A stretch of DNA of 64,000 nucleotides from contig JBQVOK010000005.1 of NCBI GenBank assembly GCA_052437175.1, forward strand, positions 28,224 through 92,223, given 5' to 3'. This DNA is from Flavobacteriales bacterium (GTDB lineage: Bacteria; Bacteroidota; Bacteroidia; CAIKAF01). Position 1 is the first letter of the stretch. Each line of letters starts with the position of its first letter. Below are positions 20,241 through 29,813 of this stretch, in pieces. A program made the position numbers and the translations under genes. The notes below the pieces were generated by a model. The model made no database searches. It was given only the letters and a program-made list of their open reading frames with translations, and was not told the DNA's origin.

Positions 20241-21131
20241 TTATTCCTTCGGTTTTGAATTGGAGCGGATAGCGGCTTCGATCTGGTCCCACATTTCGGG
20301 TGTGGTCATCATATCGAGCCAGTTGAATTCCCCGGCACCGTTGAGCCATTCGCCACCGTCGATGGTCACTACTTCGCCCGTTACATAGGCGCTGTAATCA
20401 CTTACGAGGTAAGCGGCCAGGTTGGCCAGTTCCTGGTGTTCGCCCACACGTTTGAGCGGCACACGCATATCGGGTTTGATCATTTCGGCAAACTGTTTGG
20501 GAAACAGGCGGTCCCAGGCGCCTTTGGTAGGGAAGGGCCCCGGTGCAATGGCATTCACCCGTATGCCGTATTTAGCCCATTCCACGCCCAGTGAACGCGT
20601 AATGGCCAGCACACCGCCTTTGGCCGCGGCGCTGGGCACCACATAGCCCGAACCGGTAAAGGCATAGGTAGTGGTTATATTGAGCATATTGCCCTGTTTT
20701 TTTTCAGATATCCAGTACTTACCTACAGCCAGCGTACAGTTATAGGTGCCTTTCAGTACAATGTCGATAATGGTATCGAACGCGCGGTTGCTGAGGCGTT
20801 CGGTAGGTGAAATAAAGTTGCCGGCGGCATTGTTCACCAGTATATCTACCCCGCCAAAGGTGTCGATAGTGGCCTTCAGCATGGCTTCCACCTCTTCGTA
20901 GTTACGTACGTCACAGGCTACCGGCAGTACTTTGCCCCCGGTTTCGGCTTCCAGTTCGGCGGCCGTTTCTTTCAGCACGTCGATCTTGCGTGAGGTGATC
21001 ACCACATTGGCGCCCAGCTGCAGGAAATAACGTGTCATCGATTTGCCCAGTCCGGTACCGCCTCCGGTAACAATGGCCGTTTTATTGCGGAAAGAACCTT
21101 CGGGCAGCATCGGTTGTGTATACATATTCAT
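20241..21131 (-). CDS. SDR oxidoreductase, 2,4-dienoyl-CoA reductase-like
   Basis: TGGGTGLG, NNAAGNFISPTERLS, SAAAKGG, RVNAIAPGP, DGGEWL. Confidence 0.9.
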   Translation of the reverse strand: MNMYTQPMLPEGSFRNKTAIVTGGGTGLGKSMTRYFLQLGANVVITSRKIDVLKETAAELEAETGGKVLPVACDVRNYEEVEAMLKATIDTFGGVDILVNNAAGNFISPTERLSNRAFDTIIDIVLKGTYNCTLAVGKYWISEKKQGNMLNITTTYAFTGSGYVVPSAAAKGGVLAITRSLGVEWAKYGIRVNAIAPGPFPTKGAWDRLFPKQFAEMIKPDMRVPLKRVGEHQELANLAAYLVSDYSAYVTGEVVTIDGGEWLNGAGEFNWLDMMTTPEMWDQIEAAIRSNSKPKE

Positions 21132-21390
21132 AGTGTGTATCTTGATTTGTAATGTGTTTCAGTAACGAAGGTACAAGGAATCTTTTTAGTATGCAAGCTG
21201 AGTATTTTCGGGTGTACTATTTTGCTGTTCAGTAGTTTGGGTTTGTTTTTTTAATTGTTGGGGAAGAGGCCTGCTTGTTAATTTTTAGCCAAATCCCTGC
21301 TTAGGGTGTATTTGTGGAAAAAACAGGCATTGCCTTTGTACAGGTTTAGCCAAATTGCTCTTACATTTGAAACCTTATAATTTATAGTAT

Positions 21391-22410
21391 ATGAAACGCT
21401 TATTTACACTGCTTACCATTCTGGCCGCCGCCGGCCCCTTGTTCGCCCAGAATCCCGGACAGATCGGAACCCTGCTGCCGAACTCTGCCCCTGTAACCAA
21501 GAATAACCGCAGCACTGCCAGCGGTACCATGAACTATGTGTGGAACTACAACTACGTGCCCGGTTATGCCGAAGTTTTTATCCGTATCCCGGAACCCGGC
21601 GTATTCACCGTTACCGTGAACAACCAGAGCATTACCACCAACAGCGGCCGTTTCCGCTTTTTTGACCTGCAGCCCGGCGCCAGCAATTTTGTAACCATTA
21701 TGCGCAACGGTGTACTTACCTACCGCACCACGCTGAACCTGCAGAACAATATGCGCTACATCGTGGATTACTTCTCTATGCAGGGAATGTACCTGCTGAA
21801 CACCGTTCCCCTGAACATGCCCATGGGCGGCGGAAACTACAGCGACCTGTGGAACCAGATGTGGAACGGGATGTACAACCCGGCCGGGAACGGAAGCATG
21901 TATAATTTCGGACAGAACTGGAACCCCTTCTTCGGACTGGATTACAGCTTCGGGAACAACAACTGGAACACCAATCCGAACTGGAATAACACGAACCCTA
22001 ACTGGAACAACCAGAATCCCAACTGGAATAACCAAAATCCGAACTGGAACAACAATCCCAACAACCCGAACAATCCGAACTGGAATAACAACAATCCCAA
22101 CTGGCCCAATAACCAGATGATGGCTATGGACCCCGGCACGTTCTCTCAGTTCAAAAGCACCGTTACCCGCCAGAGTTTTGACGACAGCCGTGTGAACACC
22201 ATTAAGCAGCAGACGCGCAGCAGCTGGTTCACCTCTGCACAGATCAAGGAACTGTGCGACCTGCTCAGCTTCGAAAGCGGTAAGCTGGACGTGGCCAAAT
22301 ACTGCTACGATTACTGCATCGACCGTCAGAACTACTTTGTGATCTATCCTACGTTCGACTTTGAAAGCAGCGTGACCGAACTCACCAATCACATCGGTAG
22401 CCGCCGTTAA
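21391..22410 (+). CDS. Exported DUF4476-like protein with Asn-Pro-Trp repeat linker
   Basis: Signal peptide; C-terminal SFDDSR...FTSAQIKELCDLLSFESGKLDVAKYCYDYCIDRQNY pattern. Confidence 0.85.
   Translation: MKRLFTLLTILAAAGPLFAQNPGQIGTLLPNSAPVTKNNRSTASGTMNYVWNYNYVPGYAEVFIRIPEPGVFTVTVNNQSITTNSGRFRFFDLQPGASNFVTIMRNGVLTYRTTLNLQNNMRYIVDYFSMQGMYLLNTVPLNMPMGGGNYSDLWNQMWNGMYNPAGNGSMYNFGQNWNPFFGLDYSFGNNNWNTNPNWNNTNPNWNNQNPNWNNQNPNWNNNPNNPNNPNWNNNNPNWPNNQMMAMDPGTFSQFKSTVTRQSFDDSRVNTIKQQTRSSWFTSAQIKELCDLLSFESGKLDVAKYCYDYCIDRQNYFVIYPTFDFESSVTELTNHIGSRR
21955..22116 (+). repeat. Coding tandem repeat, approximately (NPNWNNx)n with 21-nt period
   Basis: NNNWNTNPNWNNTNPNWNNQNPNWNNQNPNWNNNPNNPNNPNWNNNNPNWPNNQ; recurring AACTGGAA with synonymous variation. 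Confidence 0.9.
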
Positions 22411-22435
22411 GCCGCAGACATATTTCTAAAAAAGT

Positions 22436-22470
22436 AAAGCCTTCCGGTTGCGCGGAAGGCTTTTTTATTT
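22436..22470. terminator. Terminator between convergent genes
   Basis: AAAGCCTTCCG-GTTGCG-CGGAAGGCTTT with T tail. Confidence 0.85.
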
Positions 22471-22494
22471 GCGGATGAGCACGAAAGTAGCAGA

Positions 22495-24039
22495 CTAACG
22501 TAAGTGGTAGCGCAGGCCCAGCTGTCCGTTGGCACGATAGGGATAACTGCGTACCGAAGGATCTTTTACGGCGCTGAGCAGGTGATAACGGAAACCGCCC
22601 GATGCAAACAGCGACCAGCTGCGGATGCGGTAGGCAAGTACGGGTTCCACACCCAGGGAAATGTTAAAGGAAGCGGGCTGACTGATGTCTACCGGCAGCT
22701 GTGTGCCGTCTTCGTTGCGGAAATACACGTTCTGCCGCAGCAACACGTGAAATGCCGGTCCGGCAGTAATGCCCAGCGAAAAATTACGGAAATTGTACCG
22801 TGCGCCCAGGTCCAGCGGAAAGAAGAGATTGTGCGTCTGCATGTGCAGGCGGCCGTTGAGGGTCTTCTGTATACCGTTGTAATCGATCACGGGCAGGGGA
22901 ATATTTATATCACCGAAAGATTCGTAAGAACCGGCGTCGATGGTCTCGGGGGCGGCTCCCGTGCCTACATTGGGCGAACCGGAATAGGTAAGCGCATAGG
23001 GGTTGGAAAAACCATAGTATTCGTAACCCATACCGGCCGAAAAAATGCCGTGGCGGCCGAAGAAAAATCCGCCCTTGAATATACCTGCGGCATACAGGCC
23101 CGAAGTACGGCTCTGCATATTTTTTTCGGCCAGGCCGTTCTGCGGATCGGAAACAGCGCGGCGGTTATACCATACTGAACCGGCTGAGGCTTCCAGGCTG
23201 ATGAAGGGCGCGATCTTCGGGTATACCGGTCGTATGGCCGGACGGAAAAAAGCGCCTTCGCGCAGGTTGTTCTCCAGGAGTGAGGGTTTAAGCGTACTTG
23301 CGGGCAGCATAAAAGCGCCGTTGCCGGCCAGGTGGAGGGGGCGTACGCTTTTCTGCGCGGGTAAGGCGGAGGTTAAGCTTCGTTGCGGAACGGCAGCATT
23401 CAGGCGTGTTGCGGTAATGGCTGAACTTTCTGTGCCGGGAGTGAGCGGGGCAAAACCACTGTTTACCTGTACCTGTCCGCTTTCGCCTGTGCCTGCGTTT
23501 GTGGCGGCCTGTGAAGCGGCGGCACCATTATAGGGATGGCTGGCGGTTTCCGGAGCCGGTGTACCTGTGTGGGTATGCGCCGGCTTTGTGCCCGCGCTGT
23601 TTGCCGCTGCTGTTGTTGTCTCAAATTGCGGGTTGCTGCTTTCCCTGGAGGCTGCAGATGTGCTGCCGGTAGCTGCCGTATTACCTGTTGCCGGGCTTGC
23701 CGTTTCGGCTGTAGGCGCTGCATCGTTACCTGCGGAAGAAGCGGCTCCGGTTTCCTGCGTAGGCTCTGCAGGGTTGGCCGCCGGCGTTACGCCTGTATGC
23801 AGGTCGTTTTGGGCTGCCGTTTGTCCGGCACCGGAATATCCGTTGCTGCCGAGGAACCATACAGTACTGCCGCAGGCGATACCGCCCAGCAGCAGGAACC
23901 AGAACAGCAGGCGCCGTTTTTTCTTTTTCTGGTCCAGCGCATGGGCTACGCCGCTCCAGACCCTTTCCGAAGGCATTTCGGCATAGTTTTCCAGCTGCCG
24001 GCGCAGTTGCTCGTCGTTATATTTTGTCGAATCGTTCAT
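22495..24039 (-). CDS. Putative anti-sigma factor with TM helix, long low-complexity linker and C-terminal outer-membrane beta-barrel
   Basis: N-terminal LRRQLENYAEMPSERVWSGV, KKKKRR then a hydrophobic helix, A/T/S/P-rich linker, amphipathic strands ending GLRYHLR; ATGA overlap with the sigma gene. Confidence 0.78.
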   Translation of the reverse strand: MNDSTKYNDEQLRRQLENYAEMPSERVWSGVAHALDQKKKKRRLLFWFLLLGGIACGSTVWFLGSNGYSGAGQTAAQNDLHTGVTPAANPAEPTQETGAASSAGNDAAPTAETASPATGNTAATGSTSAASRESSNPQFETTTAAANSAGTKPAHTHTGTPAPETASHPYNGAAASQAATNAGTGESGQVQVNSGFAPLTPGTESSAITATRLNAAVPQRSLTSALPAQKSVRPLHLAGNGAFMLPASTLKPSLLENNLREGAFFRPAIRPVYPKIAPFISLEASAGSVWYNRRAVSDPQNGLAEKNMQSRTSGLYAAGIFKGGFFFGRHGIFSAGMGYEYYGFSNPYALTYSGSPNVGTGAAPETIDAGSYESFGDINIPLPVIDYNGIQKTLNGRLHMQTHNLFFPLDLGARYNFRNFSLGITAGPAFHVLLRQNVYFRNEDGTQLPVDISQPASFNISLGVEPVLAYRIRSWSLFASGGFRYHLLSAVKDPSVRSYPYRANGQLGLRYHLR

Positions 24040-24593
24040 TTCGGTGTGTGTTGTGGTTTGGCTTCACGGTGCAGGTGTGTTATTTTGTCGCGGAGAAGTT
24101 GCCTGGCACGGGCCAGCTGCGATTTGGAGGTGCCTTCGCTGATCCCCAGCCGCAGGGCAATTTCTTCGTGGGTGAATTCTTCCATGACATACAGGTTAAA
24201 AATGGTGCGGTACCCGGCGGGCAGGGTTTGTATAAGGGCAATAAGTTCAGCGGCCGAGATACCCGAAATGGCCGTGGAATCTTCGCTGATCGTCAGGGCG
24301 GGCAGATCGGCCGTGGTCTCTGCCAGCACATTGCGGCGCCGCAGGTCTTCCAGGCAGGTGGTAACGGTAATGCGCCGCGCCCAGCCTTCAAAAGAGCCTT
24401 CACTGCGAAAATCCGGTATCTTCTGAAAGATCCGGATCCAGCTTTCCTGCATGTAATCTTCCGCTTCGCTGCGCGAGGAGGCAAAACGCAGGCATACCGG
24501 GAACAGCCGGGGCGTAAGCAGCCTGTAAAGCTGCTCCTGCGAAGCTCTTTTGCCCGAACGGCATCCCTTGAGTATGTCGGCAGATATCTCCAA
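24036..24593 (-). CDS. ECF RNA polymerase sigma factor
   Basis: AEDYMQESWIRIF, GSFEGWARRI, LPAGYRTIFNLYVMEEFTHEEIA, GTSKSQLARAR. Confidence 0.95.
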   Translation of the reverse strand: MEISADILKGCRSGKRASQEQLYRLLTPRLFPVCLRFASSRSEAEDYMQESWIRIFQKIPDFRSEGSFEGWARRITVTTCLEDLRRRNVLAETTADLPALTISEDSTAISGISAAELIALIQTLPAGYRTIFNLYVMEEFTHEEIALRLGISEGTSKSQLARARQLLRDKITHLHREAKPQHTPK

Positions 24594-24605
24594 ATAAAAG
24601 CTCCT

Positions 24606-25277
24606 TTACTGCTGAAAGGTAAAACTTATTCCCATTTCCAGGCGGTGATAGCTCATGCTGCGCGTCTGTACCTGCATAGGGCTGTTGTAAGGCTGAATTT
24701 CAGCGGTGTAGGCAGCCTGTTGCAAACGGTAGCCAAAGTTAAGGCGTAAAATCGTATTCCGGTCTATACGTCCTGCAAATCCGATACCGCCCGCCAGCAT
24801 CAGTCCGCCTTTTGCATGGGTCACGCGGTAATAGTCATCGCCTTTGGGCGCCGTTTTTATACCCAGTCCGTAACCCGCCTGTACAAAATATACCGGGGTA
24901 AAACGCTTGTTGAGGATATTACCGGAAACTTCGCCAAAGAACGGCAGGTTCAGGGCCAGGCTTTCATAACGTTCAATACCCAGGCCGGCGCCTACGTTCA
25001 GGAAATCGAAGAAACGATAGCCTGTCGTATTCCGGAAGCTGAAAGCCACCCGGTTTTCGGTATTGCCATTGTAAGCGTAGGGCAGGCCGTATATATCGTA
25101 ATAAGGATAAGGATAATAGTTATCGGGCGACATACGGGGCATAATACTGATGGTAGAGGTATTGTAAACGCCCAGCATGCTTTTACGCGGCAGGAGCAGG
25201 GTTACGGCCTCTTTTTGTGCCAGCAGGCCAGGGGTGGCCAGCAGGACGGGAAACAGTATGTTGAAAATTTTTTTCAT
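24606..25277 (-). CDS. Hypothetical outer-membrane beta-barrel protein
   Basis: Signal peptide, alternating aromatic/Gly strands, C-terminal EMGISFTF. Confidence 0.75.
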   Translation of the reverse strand: MKKIFNILFPVLLATPGLLAQKEAVTLLLPRKSMLGVYNTSTISIMPRMSPDNYYPYPYYDIYGLPYAYNGNTENRVAFSFRNTTGYRFFDFLNVGAGLGIERYESLALNLPFFGEVSGNILNKRFTPVYFVQAGYGLGIKTAPKGDDYYRVTHAKGGLMLAGGIGFAGRIDRNTILRLNFGYRLQQAAYTAEIQPYNSPMQVQTRSMSYHRLEMGISFTFQQ

Positions 25278-25304
25278 AACGTGGAGTGTCTTTTTGTTCC
25301 TTAT

Positions 25305-25332
25305 AGATGCAAAACGTTCCCGCAGGGTTGCA
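25305..25332 (-). promoter_or_regulatory. ECF-type promoter for the barrel-sigma-anti-sigma operon
   Basis: TGCAACC-N14-TGCATCT on the minus strand, matching the plus-strand copy in boxes and spacing. Confidence 0.75.
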
Positions 25333-25365
25333 TGCCCCCTGAAATTTTATTTTTTTTCTGTTCCG

Positions 25366-25393
25366 TGCAACCTTTTTGCGTTGGGCTGCATCT
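25366..25393 (+). promoter_or_regulatory. ECF-type promoter for the LVIVD lipoprotein operon
   Basis: TGCAACC-N14-TGCATCT, 24 nt upstream of the ATG. Confidence 0.75.
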
Positions 25394-25417
25394 TGGCATT
25401 AAACTCAACAAACTTTT

Positions 25418-26701
25418 ATGAAGTATATCCGATTCTCGACCGTAATTTCCATGCTGGTGCTGGTGTTTGCCGGCTGCCGCGATAAGTGCAGTGTGGAAAC
25501 GATCTACGACGCCAACGTGCCCGTATACCTCTCTTACGAGGAACTGCGCAAACCCCTTACGCTCTCTGCTTCGCAGGTGCTGGAGAAACCATCTAAGTTC
25601 TGGCGTACCGAAAACCACCTTTTCGTCAGCGACCTGAACAAAGGCATACACATCTATAACATCAGCAACCCGGCTGCCCCCCAGGAACTGGTTTTTGTAA
25701 ATGTTCCCGGTGTGGTTGACGTAGCCGTGAAAGGCAATTACCTGCTGGCCGACAGCTATACCGACCTGCTGGTGATCGATATCTCTAATCCCTCTTCGCC
25801 TTCGGAAGTAAAACGACTGACCGACGTATTTGAATACAATCCCTTTAAAGTAGAGGCTAAAACGGGTTATCCCGTAGTGGCACCCGATAAGGCCAAAGGT
25901 GTGGTTATCGGCTGGAACATTGAAAAAGTGAAAGACGAACAGGCCTGTACACCCGGAGGCAATACGGTTTTTTACGAAATGGACGATATGGTCAATTTCG
26001 GCGGTGGGTCCCTGGCTTCGGGCGGCGGCGGCGGCCCGGCTACCTATTCGGGTGGTGGTTCCCTGGCAGCTTTTGCCGTGCGCGGAGATTTCCTGTACAG
26101 CGTGAGTCCCAGCAGCCTCAGCGCCTATTCCCTGGCCGATCCGTCCAACCCTTCCAAAGTGTCGGAACAACAGGTGGGTATGAGTATCGAAACCATTGTG
26201 GCCTATGAGCGTTTCCTGTTCATCGGCAGCCAGAACGGCGTATTTATTTACAGCCTGCAGAATGCTTCTACCCCCACATTTGTAAGCCAGTTTACCCATG
26301 CCACAGCCTGTGACCCGGTAGTGGTAAGCGAAGATATTGCCTACGTGACCCTGCGCGACGGTACACCCTGCCAGAACGGAAGCAACCAGCTGGATGTGCT
26401 GAACGTGAACCAGGTGCAGAATCCCACGCTCATCCGTACCTACCCGATGGTAAACCCGCACGGACTGGGCATCGAAGGTAATATACTGGCCATCTGCGAA
26501 GGTACGCACGGCGTAAAGGTGTTCAATGCGGCCGATCCGGCCAACCTGCTGTACATACAGGAACTTACCGGTATCAGTGTAAAAGATGTGATCATGTATA
26601 ACGGCGTGGCCATGTTCATCGGCGATAACGGAATTTACCTGTATACCTACAACCAGTCGGGTAATTTCCAGGCGGCCGGGGTCATTGCCATTGTAGGATA
26701 A
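25418..26701 (+). CDS. LVIVD-repeat lipoprotein
   Basis: Lipobox FAGC; repeats GIHIYNISNPAAP, DLLVIDISNPSSP, LDVLNV; HATACDPVVV. Confidence 0.88.
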   Translation: MKYIRFSTVISMLVLVFAGCRDKCSVETIYDANVPVYLSYEELRKPLTLSASQVLEKPSKFWRTENHLFVSDLNKGIHIYNISNPAAPQELVFVNVPGVVDVAVKGNYLLADSYTDLLVIDISNPSSPSEVKRLTDVFEYNPFKVEAKTGYPVVAPDKAKGVVIGWNIEKVKDEQACTPGGNTVFYEMDDMVNFGGGSLASGGGGGPATYSGGGSLAAFAVRGDFLYSVSPSSLSAYSLADPSNPSKVSEQQVGMSIETIVAYERFLFIGSQNGVFIYSLQNASTPTFVSQFTHATACDPVVVSEDIAYVTLRDGTPCQNGSNQLDVLNVNQVQNPTLIRTYPMVNPHGLGIEGNILAICEGTHGVKVFNAADPANLLYIQELTGISVKDVIMYNGVAMFIGDNGIYLYTYNQSGNFQAAGVIAIVG

Positions 26702-26720
26702 ACGATATAAAAACAGCAAT

Positions 26721-27140
26721 ATGAACAAAGCAGCCGCATACATCATCGTGTTTGTACTGGCCGGACTTTTCTCCTGCCGCAGCAAAGACAAGGCCTGCAT
26801 AGAGCCGGCCATGGTGGTACCCTGTAAGGAAGACCCGTCCATGACCAATATTCGTATACGCAACGTAAGCGATTACAATTTCTGTAATGTAATGCTGAAT
26901 CCGGGCTCCTATACCGCGTATTACGGCCCGGTTAAAAAGAACGACATTACCTGTTATCAGCCGTTTTCTGAGGCTTATGCCATGTCCAGTATTACGCTGT
27001 TCATAAACGAAAAGAAATTTATCCTGCAGGTGATCGACTACGTGGACGCCATACCGCTGGAGAAAGGAAAATACACCGTTTCGGTGAACGTGACCAATTT
27101 TGATAAAGGTGAGCTGCAGCTGCAGACCACCCCCGACTGA
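26721..27140 (+). CDS. Hypothetical lipoprotein
   Basis: Lipobox LFSC; 19 nt downstream of the LVIVD gene. Confidence 0.75.
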   Translation: MNKAAAYIIVFVLAGLFSCRSKDKACIEPAMVVPCKEDPSMTNIRIRNVSDYNFCNVMLNPGSYTAYYGPVKKNDITCYQPFSEAYAMSSITLFINEKKFILQVIDYVDAIPLEKGKYTVSVNVTNFDKGELQLQTTPD

Positions 27141-27171
27141 GTATGAAAAAGTAACGATTCATAAACAGAAG

Positions 27172-27218
27172 ACCGTAAAACCCCGCAAGGGTATAGGCGC
27201 CTGATAAAGCGGGGTTTT
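27172..27218. repeat. Inverted repeat with large loop
   Basis: ACCGTAAAACCCCGC-22 nt-GCGGGGTTTTTACGGT then T run. Confidence 0.7.
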
Positions 27219-27266
27219 TACGGTTTTTTGAAAGATTTTGGAGGTTTGGTTTTTTATTTCACAAAT

Positions 27267-27304
27267 AAAAAAGGCTGTCTCGCTATAAGCGGGGCAGCCT
27301 TTTC
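27267..27304. terminator. Bidirectional terminator
   Basis: AAAAAAGGCTGTCTCGC-loop-GCGGGGCAGCCTTTT. Confidence 0.8.
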
Positions 27305-27326
27305 ATTTTTAGTATATCCTGCCGGA

Positions 27327-28094
27327 TTACTTTTTCTTCTCTTTCTCTTTTTTAGCGGCTTTGTCGTCTGCTGCTGCAGCGGGTTTATAGCCGTATTCTT
27401 TTTCGAGTTCTTTTTTGCTTACCTGGATCACTTTGGCCGTGATGCGGATATCTTCCTCGGGTTTATCGCCGGGGCGGGTCTTTACGGCGGCGATCTTATC
27501 CACCACGTCCAGGCCTTTGATCACTTCGCCGAAAATGGTGTATTCACCGTCGAGCCAGGGCGTACCGCCGATGGTACGGTAGGCTTCCTTCATCTCATCG
27601 GGCATTTTATAGGAGGGGTTGCGTGCCTGGCGCTGTTTTTCGGCCATCATCAGTTCCTGGTCGTTCAGTTTTTTACCCTGTACAATGTAGAACTGCGAGC
27701 CGCTGGACGCTTTTGAGGGGTTTACGGCATCGCCCATACGCGCGGCCGCCAGTACGCCTTTGCGGTGGTACAGGTTGGGCTGTATCTCGGCATCAATGGT
27801 GTAGCCGGGGCCGCCCTGACCGGCCAGGTGCGCCTTGTCGGCAGTTTTGGTATTGGGGTCGCCGCCCTGGATCATAAAGGCACTGATCACCCGGTGAAAC
27901 GTGGTGCTGTCATAAAAACCCTCGCCGGCCAGTTTCAGGAAATTGGCCTTGTGTTTGGGCGTTTCGTCATACAGGTATACATACATATTACCGTACGAAG
28001 TAGAGATCTCCACGATCTGGGTCTTGTTTTTCTGGGCGTCGGCATCGGCCAGTACGCCTGCTAAAGCTATGGTCATAATTATTTTTTTCATCAA
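27327..28094 (-). CDS. Cyclophilin-type peptidyl-prolyl isomerase, exported
   Basis: FHRVISAFMIQGGDP, SSGSQFYIV, GGTPWLDGEYTIFGEV; start could be ATG 28091. Confidence 0.95.
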   Translation of the reverse strand: MMKKIIMTIALAGVLADADAQKNKTQIVEISTSYGNMYVYLYDETPKHKANFLKLAGEGFYDSTTFHRVISAFMIQGGDPNTKTADKAHLAGQGGPGYTIDAEIQPNLYHRKGVLAAARMGDAVNPSKASSGSQFYIVQGKKLNDQELMMAEKQRQARNPSYKMPDEMKEAYRTIGGTPWLDGEYTIFGEVIKGLDVVDKIAAVKTRPGDKPEEDIRITAKVIQVSKKELEKEYGYKPAAAADDKAAKKEKEKKK

Positions 28095-28139
28095 ACGCGA
28101 AAGATAAAAGTGTCACAAGGTACAAAAAAGAGAAAATGC

Positions 28140-28538
28140 TCAGAGCTGAAGGGATCTTTTCAGGTTCTGCAGTTCGGCCCGTATGTTCTCGAGGCGCTGT
28201 ACCAGCTGTTGTTTACGCTTCCATTCCTGTTCGGATTCTTCCAGGAATTTTTTGGCTCCGTCCAGGGTATATCCCTGCACTTTTACCAGCTGATGGATAC
28301 GGCGAAGATATTCCAGGTCGTTCCGGGTAAAAAAACGATTGCCTTTTTTGTTGCGAACGGGTTTCAGGGCGTCGAACTCATTTTCCCAGTAGCGTATGAG
28401 TGAGACGTTTACGCCGAGCATTTCTGCAACTTCTCCTATGGGATAATAGACTTTCAGGTGATCTTCGTTTACTTCTTTATATGGCACAGAGGGGGTTGTT
28501 TTATTCGACGAATGTACGAAATTATTAGACATCTGCAA
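28140..28538 (-). CDS. MerR family HTH regulator
   Basis: YYPIGEVAEMLGVNVSLIRYWENEF, GNRFFT, GYTLDGAK; true start may be further downstream. Confidence 0.9.
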   Translation of the reverse strand: MQMSNNFVHSSNKTTPSVPYKEVNEDHLKVYYPIGEVAEMLGVNVSLIRYWENEFDALKPVRNKKGNRFFTRNDLEYLRRIHQLVKVQGYTLDGAKKFLEESEQEWKRKQQLVQRLENIRAELQNLKRSLQL

Positions 28539-28616
28539 TTCAACTTCTACATATTTTGATGGTTAGGCTTGGAAATAAAGTTATATCTTTGGAGTTACAA
28601 GTTTTTAAAAATTATC

Positions 28617-29792
28617 ATGAAAAGACTATTACCTTTCATTTTAGCCTTTGGTACAGGTACACTTCTTAACGCCCAGATCACCATCGGAGTAAACGACTTT
28701 GCGTCTCCCGGAGATGAGGTTTACATGGGTACGGACAATCTTCCCCCTACCAACCTCCCTCTCGGTACTCCCGGAACCAACAAGTCATGGGATTTTACCA
28801 CGCTGGAAACACGCTCCCTGGATACGATCTCTTTCGTAAACCCGGCCACGCTGCCTAACGGAGCACAGTTCCCCACATCCAATATTGCACAGGTTCAGGG
28901 CAGCACCATCATTTACCTGAACAAGCAGAGCAACTCGGTAAGCGCCGTAGGAACAGAGCTGATCTTCAGTGGTTTCCCTATTGCCGTAAACTTTAACCCG
29001 GGCTATACCGTACTGCCTTTCCCGACCAATTACCTCGATAACTTCGGTGGTAACTACCAGTTTGAGCAGAAGGTATTTATCGGTATCGATACTACCGTAA
29101 CCGTGCCGCTGATGGGTAATATCCAGGTGAAGGTGGATTCTGTGTGGATCAAACGTCAGTCGGACATCGACGCCAATGTGGATGCCTGGGGTAACCTGAC
29201 CACAGACCTGGCCGTGGTGGCCGCCCTGCGTGCCAAAGTGGTACAGGAGAACGTAGATACCACCTATGCCTATTTCGGTAACCCGATCGTAGTGCCCGGC
29301 TTTATCAATATTACACAGGGCTGGAACCTGATCGACCAGCAGTTTGCACAGACCATTGCGCTGTTCTCGCCTGAACTGGCCGGCGCCCTGGGCAATGCTA
29401 CCGGTATGGACACCATTACTACCTACGAATTCTTTGCCAATAACTACGACTACCGTTTCGCCAGCATCGAAGTGGACGAAGCCAGCAACCAGCCTACCAA
29501 TGCCCAGTTTATCTCTAACGAGTCGCTGCTGGTGGGTATGGAACAGTTCGAAAGCATGCCCGATCTGAAAGTATACCCGAACCCCACTGCCGATGAGATC
29601 CGTTTCTCACAGCAGATCCCGGCCGGTACCGTATACAAGATCTTCGATATGAAAGGTACGCTGATCGAAGCCAAAACCGTTAACTCGAACGTACTTTCGC
29701 TGCAGAACCTGAGCAGCGGTTCTTATGCGATCATGCTTTACCACAACGATGGTAAACTGATGGCCATGGAAAAAGTAGTGGTTCGCAAATAA
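28617..29792 (+). CDS. T9SS type A sorting-domain (CTD) secreted protein
   Basis: Signal peptide; C-terminal VYPNPT...IFDMKG...NLSSGSY...KVVVRK; TATCTTTG promoter element at 28584-28591. Confidence 0.88.
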   Translation: MKRLLPFILAFGTGTLLNAQITIGVNDFASPGDEVYMGTDNLPPTNLPLGTPGTNKSWDFTTLETRSLDTISFVNPATLPNGAQFPTSNIAQVQGSTIIYLNKQSNSVSAVGTELIFSGFPIAVNFNPGYTVLPFPTNYLDNFGGNYQFEQKVFIGIDTTVTVPLMGNIQVKVDSVWIKRQSDIDANVDAWGNLTTDLAVVAALRAKVVQENVDTTYAYFGNPIVVPGFINITQGWNLIDQQFAQTIALFSPELAGALGNATGMDTITTYEFFANNYDYRFASIEVDEASNQPTNAQFISNESLLVGMEQFESMPDLKVYPNPTADEIRFSQQIPAGTVYKIFDMKGTLIEAKTVNSNVLSLQNLSSGSYAIMLYHNDGKLMAMEKVVVRK

Positions 29793-29813
29793 GCCTCACT
29801 GTTTATTAGATAG

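Noticed and set aside
21955-22116. Periodic AACTGGAA repeats as a CRISPR array or DGR repeat
   Set aside because: In-frame coding repeats with no unique spacers, and no cas or reverse transcriptase gene in the window.
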